DNA of 62,478 bases, filler included. It is 5 parts of 5 records of this genome, joined end to end, with 100 filler letters (N's around TTAATTAATTAA, not from the genome) between each part and the next. Parts side by side here need not be neighbours in the genome. Positions count along the whole stretch, not along the records: positions 43,528 to 55,699 come from SRR31156797_3637; positions 55,800 to 62,478 come from SRR31156797_3687; 3 more parts are not named here. One strand, given 5' to 3'. Position numbers and translations under genes: made by a program. The notes under the pieces are model-generated. The model saw nothing but the letters and a program-made list of their open reading frames with translations, was not told the origin of the DNA and did not search any database. The stretch's first letter is position 1; each line of letters opens with the position of its first letter. Positions 46,746-56,251 of this stretch are shown here, piece after piece.

Positions 46746-49099
46746 GACATACTCGCCCCATTGCCATCATAATCTTGTTAAGCTTTAATTTGCTTTTTGC
46801 CGTAGTCGGCGAATGGGTTTCTTATGGATCACAATTGACCTTAAAAGACCTAAATGTTGCTGAGAATACACTTCGCGCCTCATCTCATGGCGGAATAGTT
46901 AATTTCGATATTGAAACACTTACGTTTTTCCCAAATAATGAGGACGATCATTTAAAGCATATTGACATATTAAAGTACTATGTGAATTCTGACAGCAGTG
47001 AGTGGGTATCCTATGCGTCCGGAATAACGGGAATAAGTTATAAAACGCCAGGGTTACAAAACGGCTATTTCGATTTTGATTTTACAGACGCCCAGGCTTT
47101 TACGGGAAATGATGATAATGTTTTGGCCGTTTATATGAATAACCTGTCACCAGAAATTGCCCACTTCGTCAAAAATAATAATCGATATATATTCCAAGAT
47201 ACCTACAATCAATTTCCTGGATCTCCGGAAGCTATAAACGATATTGCTCTTGCGGGGGATACCATATTTCTGGCAACGGATGAAGGCCTGATCAAAGGGT
47301 GGTTGCATCATGCCAACCTAAAACCCGAATCCGCCTGGGAAAAGGTCGCCCTGGACAGCAGTCAAACCATAAGCTGTTTACTAGCGACAGAAGGCAGTTT
47401 GTTGTTTGTGAATGAAAACAACGATGTCTATACATATGTCAATGGTCTTGCGCAAAAGATCAAAGAAAACAGTGATGTTGTTGTTATGATGTTTTCTTAT
47501 GATTCAAAGCAATATTTAGTGACCGAGAATGAGATTTGGGATATGTCTGCAGATCAAATGATATACAATTCAACATCTGATATAAATGGATTTTATATAA
47601 ACAATAATTCCCATTTCTGGGTTTCGGAAGTTGGCTTTGGCTTAAAACGCGTAGATGTTTTGAATGGCAATAAAGAGCATTATATCCCGAATACCATGCT
47701 GTACACAAAAGCACACTCATTGGCCATTACGGGAGATCAGGAGGTCGCCGTTTGCGGTATGGAAGGAATCTCTATATTAAAAGGAGATTCGTGGTATGAC
47801 CTCATTTTTTCGAGATATGGAGAATCATTAAATAATCAAGGATCTGCCGCTCAATATTATGCAGATACCCTAAATATAGCTTATCGATTTGGTGGGGAAA
47901 CTTACGTATATGATGCCATGGTTTCATCTGAGGGAAAATTATTTTGCAGTATTACGAATATAAACACTACAAAATATAGTGGTCAAACGATCGAAACACA
48001 GGGACCGGGCGCCTTACAGGAAATCAACTTAAGTGATCTAAGCGATTATACGGTTTATGATACGACAGATGGAATAATCGACGGTACACAGGGTGTTGGT
48101 GGCGGTAGCAGCTATTATTTAATGAACAGAGGTCTTGCCGAAGACAGGTACGGAAATATTTGGGTGCTTAATGCACATACCCTTGCCGGTGAAACTTTAA
48201 TTAAAATTAGGCCCAATGGAGATATACTAAAATATTCTGTTGAGGATTCCGGCAACAAATTGCAAATATTAGCCAGAGAAATGACATTTGATAAATATGG
48301 ACGCCTTTGGATAGCAAATGAGGCGCGCCAGGCAGATGAACCGCGAACAACCGGAGGAATAACCGTTTTTGATCCCAGTTCCGGGGTATGGGCCTTAATA
48401 ACGACTTCGGACGGCCTAGTCAGCAATGATGTAAATTCTATTGATAAAGATCCCCTTACAGGCAATATGTGGGTGGCGACCGCGTCGGGCGTGCAAATGA
48501 TCCGGACACCATCATCATTTGATGCGACAACGGAATTCAGTATGAACCCGCCAATTGATGGCCTAAGTGGTATGATCCCTGTTAAATTAAGAATTGATCC
48601 ACGTGGAAATAAATGGATACTGACCCAAAGTCAGGGTGTTCAAATATATTTAACAAGCAACAGGTGGTTTGACGAAGGTAACGGCCTTTCAACCACTAAT
48701 TCAGGGTTGCTTGATGATGTAGTTTATGATCTGGTGTTTGATACAGAGAATGGTTATGCCTATTTGTTAACGGCTTCGGGGCTGAACAGATATGAAATAG
48801 CATGGACAGAAGAACGTACATCAATGGATGGCGTAATGATCTTTCCGCAACCCTTCAGGCCGGGAATAGACGCACATATCGCTATTGATGGACTGGCAGA
48901 TCAAAGTCAAGTAAGGGTCAGCACTCTGGACGGTCGGGTTATGATAAGATTTGAGGCCGACGCTGAAGAGAATATGGATAAACAGATCGTTTGGGATGGA
49001 ATTCTACCCAGTGGCGACTATATACCGCGTGGTGTCTATTTGGTGTTTATCACAAATATTGACGGCATAAAAGCCACTAAAAAAATAGCTGTTGAATAA
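46742..49099 (+). CDS. PorZ-like beta-propeller protein with Ig-like C-terminal sorting-type domain
   Basis: Signal peptide then GEW; propeller repeats (D..GN.W[VI]); NSGLLDD.V; C-terminal IFPQPFRP...STLDGR...WDG...GVYLV. Confidence 0.72.
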   Translation: MRHTRPIAIIILLSFNLLFAVVGEWVSYGSQLTLKDLNVAENTLRASSHGGIVNFDIETLTFFPNNEDDHLKHIDILKYYVNSDSSEWVSYASGITGISYKTPGLQNGYFDFDFTDAQAFTGNDDNVLAVYMNNLSPEIAHFVKNNNRYIFQDTYNQFPGSPEAINDIALAGDTIFLATDEGLIKGWLHHANLKPESAWEKVALDSSQTISCLLATEGSLLFVNENNDVYTYVNGLAQKIKENSDVVVMMFSYDSKQYLVTENEIWDMSADQMIYNSTSDINGFYINNNSHFWVSEVGFGLKRVDVLNGNKEHYIPNTMLYTKAHSLAITGDQEVAVCGMEGISILKGDSWYDLIFSRYGESLNNQGSAAQYYADTLNIAYRFGGETYVYDAMVSSEGKLFCSITNINTTKYSGQTIETQGPGALQEINLSDLSDYTVYDTTDGIIDGTQGVGGGSSYYLMNRGLAEDRYGNIWVLNAHTLAGETLIKIRPNGDILKYSVEDSGNKLQILAREMTFDKYGRLWIANEARQADEPRTTGGITVFDPSSGVWALITTSDGLVSNDVNSIDKDPLTGNMWVATASGVQMIRTPSSFDATTEFSMNPPIDGLSGMIPVKLRIDPRGNKWILTQSQGVQIYLTSNRWFDEGNGLSTTNSGLLDDVVYDLVFDTENGYAYLLTASGLNRYEIAWTEERTSMDGVMIFPQPFRPGIDAHIAIDGLADQSQVRVSTLDGRVMIRFEADAEENMDKQIVWDGILPSGDYIPRGVYLVFITNIDGIKATKKIAVE

Positions 49100-49141
49100 G
49101 CATATATTGCCCAATTATTATCAAATAAATTCTCCCTTGAT

Positions 49142-49169
49142 TTTGTCTTTTGACCTTTGCCTTTTGTCT
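49142..49169. repeat. Four tandem heptamers (TTTG[TAC]C[TC])
   Basis: TTTGTCT TTTGACC TTTGCCT TTTGTCT. Confidence 0.6.
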
Positions 49170-49223
49170 TATCTTTGGCTACATTTATTTGCTATGAATG
49201 ATTGAATTCTAAAAAGGAAAAGA

Positions 49224-51842
49224 ATGGACTCGAAAACAATAAGAAAACAGTTTATAGAATATTTTGAGAAAACTTTGGGGCATACTGTTGTGCCAAGTTC
49301 ACCGGTTGTACCACAGACAGACCCGACACTGCTTTTTACAAATGCGGGCATGAACCAGTTTAAACCATATTTTCTTGGAGAAGCAAAGGCTCCATTCAAG
49401 CGTGCAGTTGACTCACAAAAATGTATTCGAGTGAGCGGTAAACACAATGATTTAGAAGTTGTTGGACGTGATCATTATCATCATACTTTCTTTGAAATGC
49501 TGGGAAGCTGGAGTTTTGGGGATTATTATAAAAAAGAAGCCATCGAATGGGCCTGGACCTTGTTTACCGAAGTGTGGAGGCTTGATCCAAAACGCCTGTA
49601 TGCTACAGTATTTACAGATGATGACGAAGCCTATGAAATATGGAACAAGATACCCAATCTTGAAAAGAGTCACCTAATAAGGTCCGGAGCAAAAGATAAT
49701 TTCTGGTCAATGGGTGAAACCGGCCCTTGTGGCCCATGCTCGGAGATCCATTATTACAGCGGTGATGAGATTGACAATCAAGATCCAGAAAAAGTGAATG
49801 CCGACGATCCCGAATACATGGAATTATGGAACCTGGTTTTTATACAATATGACAGAGACGAAAAGGGCGAATTACATCCACTTGCCCAGAAGCATATTGA
49901 TACTGGCGCCGGTTTTGAACGCATTGTTGCTGTAATGAATAATTTGCCAAGCAATTATGACACAGACCTATTTAAACCTATCATTGAGCAGATCGAAGCT
50001 ATTTCTGATATTGCCTATGAGTCGGGTGATGCCGGTGCCCCCCATCGTGTGATCGCTGACCATATTCGCATGCTAAGCGTATCTATTGCCGATGGCGCAA
50101 TCCCGGGTAATGAAGGTCGGTCATATGTGCTTCGAAGGATCCTTCGAAGAGCAGCGCGCTTTGGAAGAGAATTACGAATGAAAGAACCTTTCTTGTATAG
50201 ACTGGTGCCGACCGTTGCGCGAATTTTAGGTGATGTATATCCTGAAATAAAGAACCAACGCGAAAACATTCAAAAGATCATCAAGGCTGAAGAAGAGTCC
50301 TTTGGCAAAACGCTGGACAAGGGGCTTGAGCTTTTTGACCAAATTGCAAAACAGGCCAAGAAAAGCAAAACAAAAACCCTGAATAGCGAAGAAGTTTTTC
50401 GTCTTTATGACACCTATGGCTTTCCTTTGGATCTAACAAAAATGCTCGCAGAAGAAAAAGAACTGATCATAAATGAAGTAGAAATTAATGCTCTTATGGA
50501 AGAACAGCGCAAACGCGCAAGGGCGGCAGGTAAATTCACTGCCAAGAATAGTGAAGATCTAAACTGGATCATACTTGAAAAAGATAAAAGTTCTGAATTT
50601 GTCGGGTATGACTCATATCATTCAGAATCACTTCTGACCAAATATGCAATTGATGATTCTTTCACATATCTTGTTTTTGACAAAACTCCGTTCTACGCAG
50701 AATCGGGCGGACAGGTTGGCGATCAAGGCCAGATGCAACTTCATAAGCACAATATTAAAACCGAAGCAAATACGAACATCATTGATACGAAGAAGATCGG
50801 AAATGATATTGTTCACATTGTAGAGGGTTCGGTGCTTGAAGGAAATTCGAAAACCATTACCGCATCGCTGGAAGTTCAAAAAAGTCTTCGTCGTGATACC
50901 GCACGAAACCATACAGCCACCCATTTGCTTCATGCCGAACTAAGAGCAGTTTTTGGAGATAACGTACATCAGGCCGGGTCGTATGTTGGCCCGGATAGGT
51001 TGCGCTTTGATTTTACTCATTTTGAAAAAGTTTCCACAGAACAGCAGATAGAGATCCAACAGCGCATAAACGCCTTGATAATGCAGAATATCAAGGTTGA
51101 GACCAAGGTCAAGCCCTATGCCGATGCGATTAACGATGGAGCGCAGGCTCTCTTTGGCGAAAAATACGGTGATGAGGTCCGTGTTGTCAGTTTGAAGGAT
51201 GCCTCCATGGAATTATGCGGCGGAACACATGTTGAAAGAAGCGGCGACATCGGTTTGTTCTTGATCATATCTGAAAGCTCGGTAGCTTCCGGTGTTCGGA
51301 GGATCGAAGCCGTTACGGGACAAGCGGCATATGATATAATGAAGAAACAACAAGGTATCATTAATTCCTTAAGAGAGTCACTGAAAATCGCCGAAAACGA
51401 GATCCCGGAAAAAATCAATGACATGAGTACAAGTATTCGCCTTTTAGAAAAAGAGAGCAGCGAGCTGAAAAGCAAATTGCTTACCCTGGATATTGAGCGT
51501 TATTTCTCGAACAAAAAACAGCTGGACGACCACCCACTATTTGTAAATAAGGTAAATGTTGATAACATGGATCAACTTAAAGCGCTGGGTGACAAAGTGC
51601 GAGAAAAAATGAAAACAGGAATTGCTGTTTTTGGTGCGGTTATCAAAGAAACACCACAGGTATTATGTGTCGTTACCGATGATCTTGTTAAAGAAGGTGT
51701 AAAGGCCGGCAATATTGTAAAAGCCCTAGGGAAAGCACTGGGTGGCGGTGGCGGAGGAAAACCGCACATGGCAACAGCCGGCGGAAAAGACGCATCAAAG
51801 ATCGACGATGTTTTAAACAATATTAATGAATATTTGTTATAA
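49224..51842 (+). CDS. alaS: Alanine--tRNA ligase
   Basis: DPTLLFTNAGMNQFK, HHTFFEMLG, HTATHLLH, ELCGGTHV, GGGGGKP. Confidence 0.98.
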   Translation: MDSKTIRKQFIEYFEKTLGHTVVPSSPVVPQTDPTLLFTNAGMNQFKPYFLGEAKAPFKRAVDSQKCIRVSGKHNDLEVVGRDHYHHTFFEMLGSWSFGDYYKKEAIEWAWTLFTEVWRLDPKRLYATVFTDDDEAYEIWNKIPNLEKSHLIRSGAKDNFWSMGETGPCGPCSEIHYYSGDEIDNQDPEKVNADDPEYMELWNLVFIQYDRDEKGELHPLAQKHIDTGAGFERIVAVMNNLPSNYDTDLFKPIIEQIEAISDIAYESGDAGAPHRVIADHIRMLSVSIADGAIPGNEGRSYVLRRILRRAARFGRELRMKEPFLYRLVPTVARILGDVYPEIKNQRENIQKIIKAEEESFGKTLDKGLELFDQIAKQAKKSKTKTLNSEEVFRLYDTYGFPLDLTKMLAEEKELIINEVEINALMEEQRKRARAAGKFTAKNSEDLNWIILEKDKSSEFVGYDSYHSESLLTKYAIDDSFTYLVFDKTPFYAESGGQVGDQGQMQLHKHNIKTEANTNIIDTKKIGNDIVHIVEGSVLEGNSKTITASLEVQKSLRRDTARNHTATHLLHAELRAVFGDNVHQAGSYVGPDRLRFDFTHFEKVSTEQQIEIQQRINALIMQNIKVETKVKPYADAINDGAQALFGEKYGDEVRVVSLKDASMELCGGTHVERSGDIGLFLIISESSVASGVRRIEAVTGQAAYDIMKKQQGIINSLRESLKIAENEIPEKINDMSTSIRLLEKESSELKSKLLTLDIERYFSNKKQLDDHPLFVNKVNVDNMDQLKALGDKVREKMKTGIAVFGAVIKETPQVLCVVTDDLVKEGVKAGNIVKALGKALGGGGGGKPHMATAGGKDASKIDDVLNNINEYLL

Positions 51843-51862
51843 ACGGTACAAACAGCTATTTC

Positions 51863-51891
51863 TTGACATTTTGTTTTCCCCGAGCTAATTT
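51863..51891 (+). promoter_or_regulatory. Sigma-70 promoter
   Basis: TTGACA-17 nt-TAATTT. Confidence 0.65.
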
Positions 51892-51975
51892 TAATTGAAG
51901 TATATCAATAGAAGAATTATTGCATACAAGCATAGCGAGACCATATTCGCATTATGCTGAAAAAGGGGAAGAGGA

Positions 51976-52272
51976 ATGGGTGTTGAGATCAACATATTAT
52001 TGGTGTTGATGGCGGCAACAGGTATAGCTGTTTATATTATCAGCACAATACTCATCTATGAGTTCCATAAAAAAAGAAACGATAAAACCCCCAGTTTTCT
52101 TTTAATTAACTTTTTTATTTTCAGGTATGTAAAAAGATATCGCATGATCACGAGGGCCGAGACACATCATGTGGGAACACTTTTCTATTTATGGGTTATT
52201 TCCATTAATATTGCATTATTATGTGCAATCTTACTTTTTGTGGTGAATTTTGTCGTAACAAGGAGCGCATAA
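51976..52272 (+). CDS. Small membrane protein (2-3 TM), hypothetical
   Basis: Purine-rich RBS, hydrophobic helices. Confidence 0.7.
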   Translation: MGVEINILLVLMAATGIAVYIISTILIYEFHKKRNDKTPSFLLINFFIFRYVKRYRMITRAETHHVGTLFYLWVISINIALLCAILLFVVNFVVTRSA

Positions 52273-52273
52273 A

Positions 52274-52447
52274 ATGTCGAGTAAAAAACAAAAGATCAAC
52301 TCAGCCGCATTTATTGGTATGGGTGCTTCGTTCTTGGGACTTGGAGTTGTTTTTATGTTAGCTGTCAATACGGTAGTTGGAATAGTTCTTCTAGCTGCCG
52401 GGGCCGGAAATCTTGCAATAGGTTTGGCCGGACGAAAAGAAAATTAA
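52274..52447 (+). CDS. Small two-TM membrane protein (57 aa), absent from the ORF track
   Basis: MSSKKQKINSAAFIGMGASFLGLGVVFMLAVNTVVGIVLLAAGAGNLAIGLAGRKEN; AGGAG RBS at 52261-52265. Confidence 0.75.
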   Translation: MSSKKQKINSAAFIGMGASFLGLGVVFMLAVNTVVGIVLLAAGAGNLAIGLAGRKEN

Positions 52448-52499
52448 TATTTCAAACTAGCATATTCATAAGCCCTTCCACGGGGTAGATGGACTTTAT

Positions 52500-53099
52500 A
52501 TGATAGAAATATTGCAATACATATTTTGCTGTTTGGGTGGGTATCTGGTGGGTTCTATTTTGTTTGCCGAGATACTTGTGAAGATCTTGAAAGGCCGGGA
52601 TCTGAGGGAAATGGGAAACACCAACCCCGGCGCCCAAAACCTGTACTTGCATGTTGGCAGGTTTTTGGGGGCTATTGCCGGACTTTTGGACGCCTTCAAG
52701 GCGTTTATCCCCATGATCATAGCAAGCACATATTTAAATCTATCTGAATTTTCTCTGGGCATGATCGGGATCGGCGCGCTTTTCGGTCACATATATCCCC
52801 TGTATTTTCGCTTTAATGGCGGAAGGGGCGCTGCTGTGATCACGGGTATATTTCTTTTCTTTATCAGGTGGGAGTTGCTGGCGGCCTTTATAGTTGCACC
52901 TGTTGTCGTTTATGTCGCATTTAAACATCAAAGCATGTGGTTGCCTTTTGCGATATTGATGACTGCTGCAACATTTGCGATGTTCGTAACACATCAGCCG
53001 GAGGTGAAAATAATAATCATAGCCACAGTGATCTTAGGTTGGACTTATAATATCAGAGCACTGCCATCAATGGTGAAGATGGTACTGAAAAGACAATAA
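52500..53099 (+). CDS. plsY: Glycerol-3-phosphate acyltransferase PlsY family (divergent)
   Basis: YLVGSI, DLR..G..NPGA.N, DAFKA, GHIYPLY.RF.GGRG. Confidence 0.8.
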   Translation: MIEILQYIFCCLGGYLVGSILFAEILVKILKGRDLREMGNTNPGAQNLYLHVGRFLGAIAGLLDAFKAFIPMIIASTYLNLSEFSLGMIGIGALFGHIYPLYFRFNGGRGAAVITGIFLFFIRWELLAAFIVAPVVVYVAFKHQSMWLPFAILMTAATFAMFVTHQPEVKIIIIATVILGWTYNIRALPSMVKMVLKRQ

Positions 53100-53150
53100 T
53101 CAAATTCCAATAAACCAATAATCAATTAATATGTACAATAGATAATATTC

Positions 53151-53181
53151 AAAGAGCGGGTTCAAATCGCTCTTTCTTTTT
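53151..53181 (+). terminator. Rho-independent terminator
   Basis: AAAGAGCG / CGCTCTTT stem followed by CTTTTT. Confidence 0.7.
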
Positions 53182-53243
53182 GGATAATAGAATTTGAATT
53201 GGTGGGGTGAAAAGTTAATTTCCCTACAATAATAAAGGACAGT

Positions 53244-54452
53244 ATGAACGAACATTACAATAAATCGTTAAACAGGTCGCTAAAAACATACAGTTGGTAC
53301 ATGATCCTTACTAGAGCATATTTCTGGACACCGCTGTTCGTGCTATACTTTTCTACGATTGTCACCTTAAAGCAGATATTTCTCTTAGAGGCGATCTACT
53401 ATGCTTCGGTTTTTGTTTTGGAAGTCCCGTCCGGATATTTTTCCGACTTTTTCGGCAGGAAAAAGACTTTATTGATCTCGACGTTTACCCTGAGTGTTTC
53501 ATATTTACTTTTCTTTATTGGCGGATCATTTGAAATGTTCGCAATTGCTCAATTTTTCCTGGCTATAGGTTTCTCCTTTTCAACCGGTACCGACACATCT
53601 TTACATTATGCTTTGCTGTCATCGCTGGGCAAGGAAAAAGAATACGGCGAACGAGAAGCGAAGTTGGCATCAAAGTATTATATATCAATCGCTGTGGCAG
53701 CTATTCTTGGCGGGTTGTTGGCCTGGTTGAATGAATATCGGATCGCTTATGGGATGTCGATGGCATTCGCATTCATATCATTTATCCTGGTCATGACAAT
53801 AAAAGATCCCGAAGCAGGCATGGAGGAAGAGCTCCGGCATCCGTTTATTCAGATGAGGAAAGTGTTTGCGAAACTTAAAGATCCGACCCTTAAATACTTA
53901 TTTGTTTTTTCGGTGATCATTGTTGTGCTCAACCATATACCTTATGAATTATATCAGGTTTATGTAAACAACATGCTTGCATCATTTGACAACGAAGTCT
54001 TGTTGGAAACGAATACGATCATACTGGGAGTACATACGGCGCTTAGCATGATCATGGCATCATTCTTTGCAAAAAGAGCGATGGGCGTTAAGAAAGTGTT
54101 TGGGACAAAACTGTCGCTGATACTATTGATTGCAATCCAGACCGGACTTATCGCGATCATGGGAATAAGGGCATCCTATATTGTAGTGATCTTACTTATG
54201 CTCCGAGGATTGCCGGGAGCTATTTCGAACCCAATCATCAGAACCGAAACAACACATAAACTTGAGCCAAGTTTGCGGGCAACATACTATTCAACAAAAA
54301 GTCTGCTGGGAAGAATATCTTTTGCGGGAGTTTTGGTATTATTCAATCTCGCACCCGGAGAGGGTTTTAATAATTCGGTAATATTGGGGACTTCGATCGG
54401 GGTTGTTTTTATTCTGGTATTGATCTTCTTGCCGATCAAAAAGAAATCATAA
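53244..54452 (+). CDS. MFS transporter
   Basis: LEVPSGYFSDFFGRKKTL (motif A), STGTDTSL; about 12 hydrophobic segments. Confidence 0.88.
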   Translation: MNEHYNKSLNRSLKTYSWYMILTRAYFWTPLFVLYFSTIVTLKQIFLLEAIYYASVFVLEVPSGYFSDFFGRKKTLLISTFTLSVSYLLFFIGGSFEMFAIAQFFLAIGFSFSTGTDTSLHYALLSSLGKEKEYGEREAKLASKYYISIAVAAILGGLLAWLNEYRIAYGMSMAFAFISFILVMTIKDPEAGMEEELRHPFIQMRKVFAKLKDPTLKYLFVFSVIIVVLNHIPYELYQVYVNNMLASFDNEVLLETNTIILGVHTALSMIMASFFAKRAMGVKKVFGTKLSLILLIAIQTGLIAIMGIRASYIVVILLMLRGLPGAISNPIIRTETTHKLEPSLRATYYSTKSLLGRISFAGVLVLFNLAPGEGFNNSVILGTSIGVVFILVLIFLPIKKKS

Positions 54453-54500
54453 TTATAAAGCCAGCGGACACATAGGTCCGCCGCCGCTGTATCTCGTTTA

Positions 54501-55352
54501 TTATGTATTATCCACAGATGTGTAAAACATTCCTCGTCCTTGGCCTTGGGCGATGATCATATTTTCTTCCCTCAAATACAAGAGATCTTTCTTAATGGTG
54601 TTTCGGCTTTCGTTCGGAAACTTGATCATGATGTCGGAGATTTTTTGAGGGGCAAATTTTTGGATATGTTTGAGAAGTGATTTTCTTCGAGAGTTTAAGT
54701 AGGGGTCTGGTGTGTGGAGTTTGCGGTCTGTTGGTGTCGGAGTGGCGGAGAGCAGTTCGAAGAAAGTTTTTGAGAGAGCGGATAGCGGGTCTGTGCTGTC
54801 TGCGTTGTTTAGAGACGGCAATAGCGGTAGTTGGGAAACGATGCTAAAGCCGTTGTTAAACAATAAAGCATAAGCAATAAGATTAGCGCAAAGCGTGTTG
54901 CCCGTAATAAACGGCATGGCCTTGATAAATGAAACACGGAAAAGTGAGATCGTAAAAAGCGAATGCCGATCGTCTGAGGCAAGAGCTGCTTTTGTTTCAT
55001 CAAACAGTATTTTCATTTCATTATCTAAGTCTGTGCGGTAGCGGCCACGGACGCCATCATCACGCGAACTGAATTTAAAGACCTTTCTATGCAACGATTT
55101 AATGTTCGTGTTGGACAGTGAAAAAGATGCGGGATCTTTATGGAATTCTTGAAGCCATTCATATGATCCCTTTGCGATCATTTCATCGCGGCCGCCTTGT
55201 TCAATATCTTGAGATAAGCCGGCATTCATTCGAAGTGTATTTTCGTCGGGCGCATAGTGACCTTGGAAAGGATTTTGTTTTTGATCGATCTTGCCGCAAT
55301 ATGCAATGCAAGAAAGAATGTGTTCCGACTTTTGTGATTTGAGATTAAACAT
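54501..55352 (-). CDS. Fic/DOC-like protein with degenerate catalytic motif and C-terminal winged HTH
   Basis: IKSLH, GRYR, then MPFITGNTLCAN in place of HPFxDGNGRxxR; C-terminal SRNTIKKDL..L....GQGRGMFY. Start 55352 or 55373. Confidence 0.72.
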   Translation of the reverse strand: MFNLKSQKSEHILSCIAYCGKIDQKQNPFQGHYAPDENTLRMNAGLSQDIEQGGRDEMIAKGSYEWLQEFHKDPASFSLSNTNIKSLHRKVFKFSSRDDGVRGRYRTDLDNEMKILFDETKAALASDDRHSLFTISLFRVSFIKAMPFITGNTLCANLIAYALLFNNGFSIVSQLPLLPSLNNADSTDPLSALSKTFFELLSATPTPTDRKLHTPDPYLNSRRKSLLKHIQKFAPQKISDIMIKFPNESRNTIKKDLLYLREENMIIAQGQGRGMFYTSVDNT

Positions 55353-55432
55353 ATATACCCATATTATATCCAAATGGAATATATATTAATTTTATCTACA
55401 AGGCAATATGTTTTGGTATTGTCGAGACGAAA

Positions 55433-55699
55433 TTACATTTCGCCGAGAAATAGTTCTTTTTCAACCCCACCTTCCTTACAAAGCAATTTCGCATCTCTTG
55501 TAAATGCAAGCGGAGTGATCTTGCGAACGCTGTCGCCGGAGGACAATTCGATTTCTTGCCCTTTGGAGTAGAGCAGGCGGTTGAGTTCGGGAAGATATTC
55601 CGCAAAACGGTTTTCTCTTAGATCGGCATAAAGCAGATCCAGCTCATCGATGATTCGAACTAGCAACTCATTAAGGTCAAGTTCTTCTTCTTTGCATTC
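55433..55699 (-). CDS. birA: Biotin--protein ligase C-terminal fragment (5' end cut by contig edge)
   Basis: LYSKGQEIEL...DAKLLCK...ELFLGEM resembles the BirA SH3-like C-terminus. Confidence 0.6.
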   Translation of the reverse strand, partial: ECKEEELDLNELLVRIIDELDLLYADLRENRFAEYLPELNRLLYSKGQEIELSSGDSVRKITPLAFTRDAKLLCKEGGVEKELFLGEM

Positions 55700-55799
55700 N
55701 NNNNNNNNNNNNNNNNNNNNNNNNNNNNNNNNNNNNNNNNNNNTTAATTAATTAANNNNNNNNNNNNNNNNNNNNNNNNNNNNNNNNNNNNNNNNNNNN
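55700..55799. other. Artificial contig spacer
   Basis: N44-TTAATTAATTAA-N44. Confidence 0.98.
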
Positions 55800-56228
55800 T
55801 TGTTGAAGGACCATTTCGCCGTCAGCACCATCGGGCGCTGGGTTCTCGGCCGGTATTGGAACCGGGCAACGAAGGAACAGCGGACGGAATACCTCTCTCT
55901 TTTCGAGGATTTGATCATCGTCTCCTATGTCGATCGGTTCACCGCCTATTCGGGCGAAACCGTTTTGGTGACCAAGACAATACCGGCGACCGGAAATGAT
56001 GTTCTTGTCCACACCGACATTTCCCGTCCGAAATCGGCTGAGTCGGTATCGATCGACTGGCGTGTCCGAAAACGTGACAGCGGTTTCAAGATCGTCGACG
56101 TGATTGTCGAGGGCGTCAGCATGGGACAGACCCAGAAATCCGAGTTCGCCTCGGTTATCCGGCGGAACGGTGGAACGATCGAGGGGTTGTTGACGAAACT
56201 GCGCGCGGATCTGAAAAAAGGCGCATAA
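55800..56228 (+). CDS. MlaC/Ttg2D/HpnM-family periplasmic lipid-binding protein (5' truncated)
   Basis: LGRYW..A...Q, IDWRV, KIVDVIVEGVSM.QTQKSEF; adjacent to hpn genes. Confidence 0.85.
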   Translation: MLKDHFAVSTIGRWVLGRYWNRATKEQRTEYLSLFEDLIIVSYVDRFTAYSGETVLVTKTIPATGNDVLVHTDISRPKSAESVSIDWRVRKRDSGFKIVDVIVEGVSMGQTQKSEFASVIRRNGGTIEGLLTKLRADLKKGA

Positions 56229-56251
56229 CCGCGTAAAGGCGATCCGGCGCC

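Noticed and set aside
49170-49177. TATCTTTG as a Bacteroidota -7 promoter before alaS
   Set aside because: Single match adjoining a TTTG-rich repeat; this contig otherwise shows canonical sigma-70 signals.
51929-51958. 5' UTR hairpin as a riboswitch
   Set aside because: A single bulged stem with no recognisable aptamer consensus or expression platform; an Rfam search would be needed.
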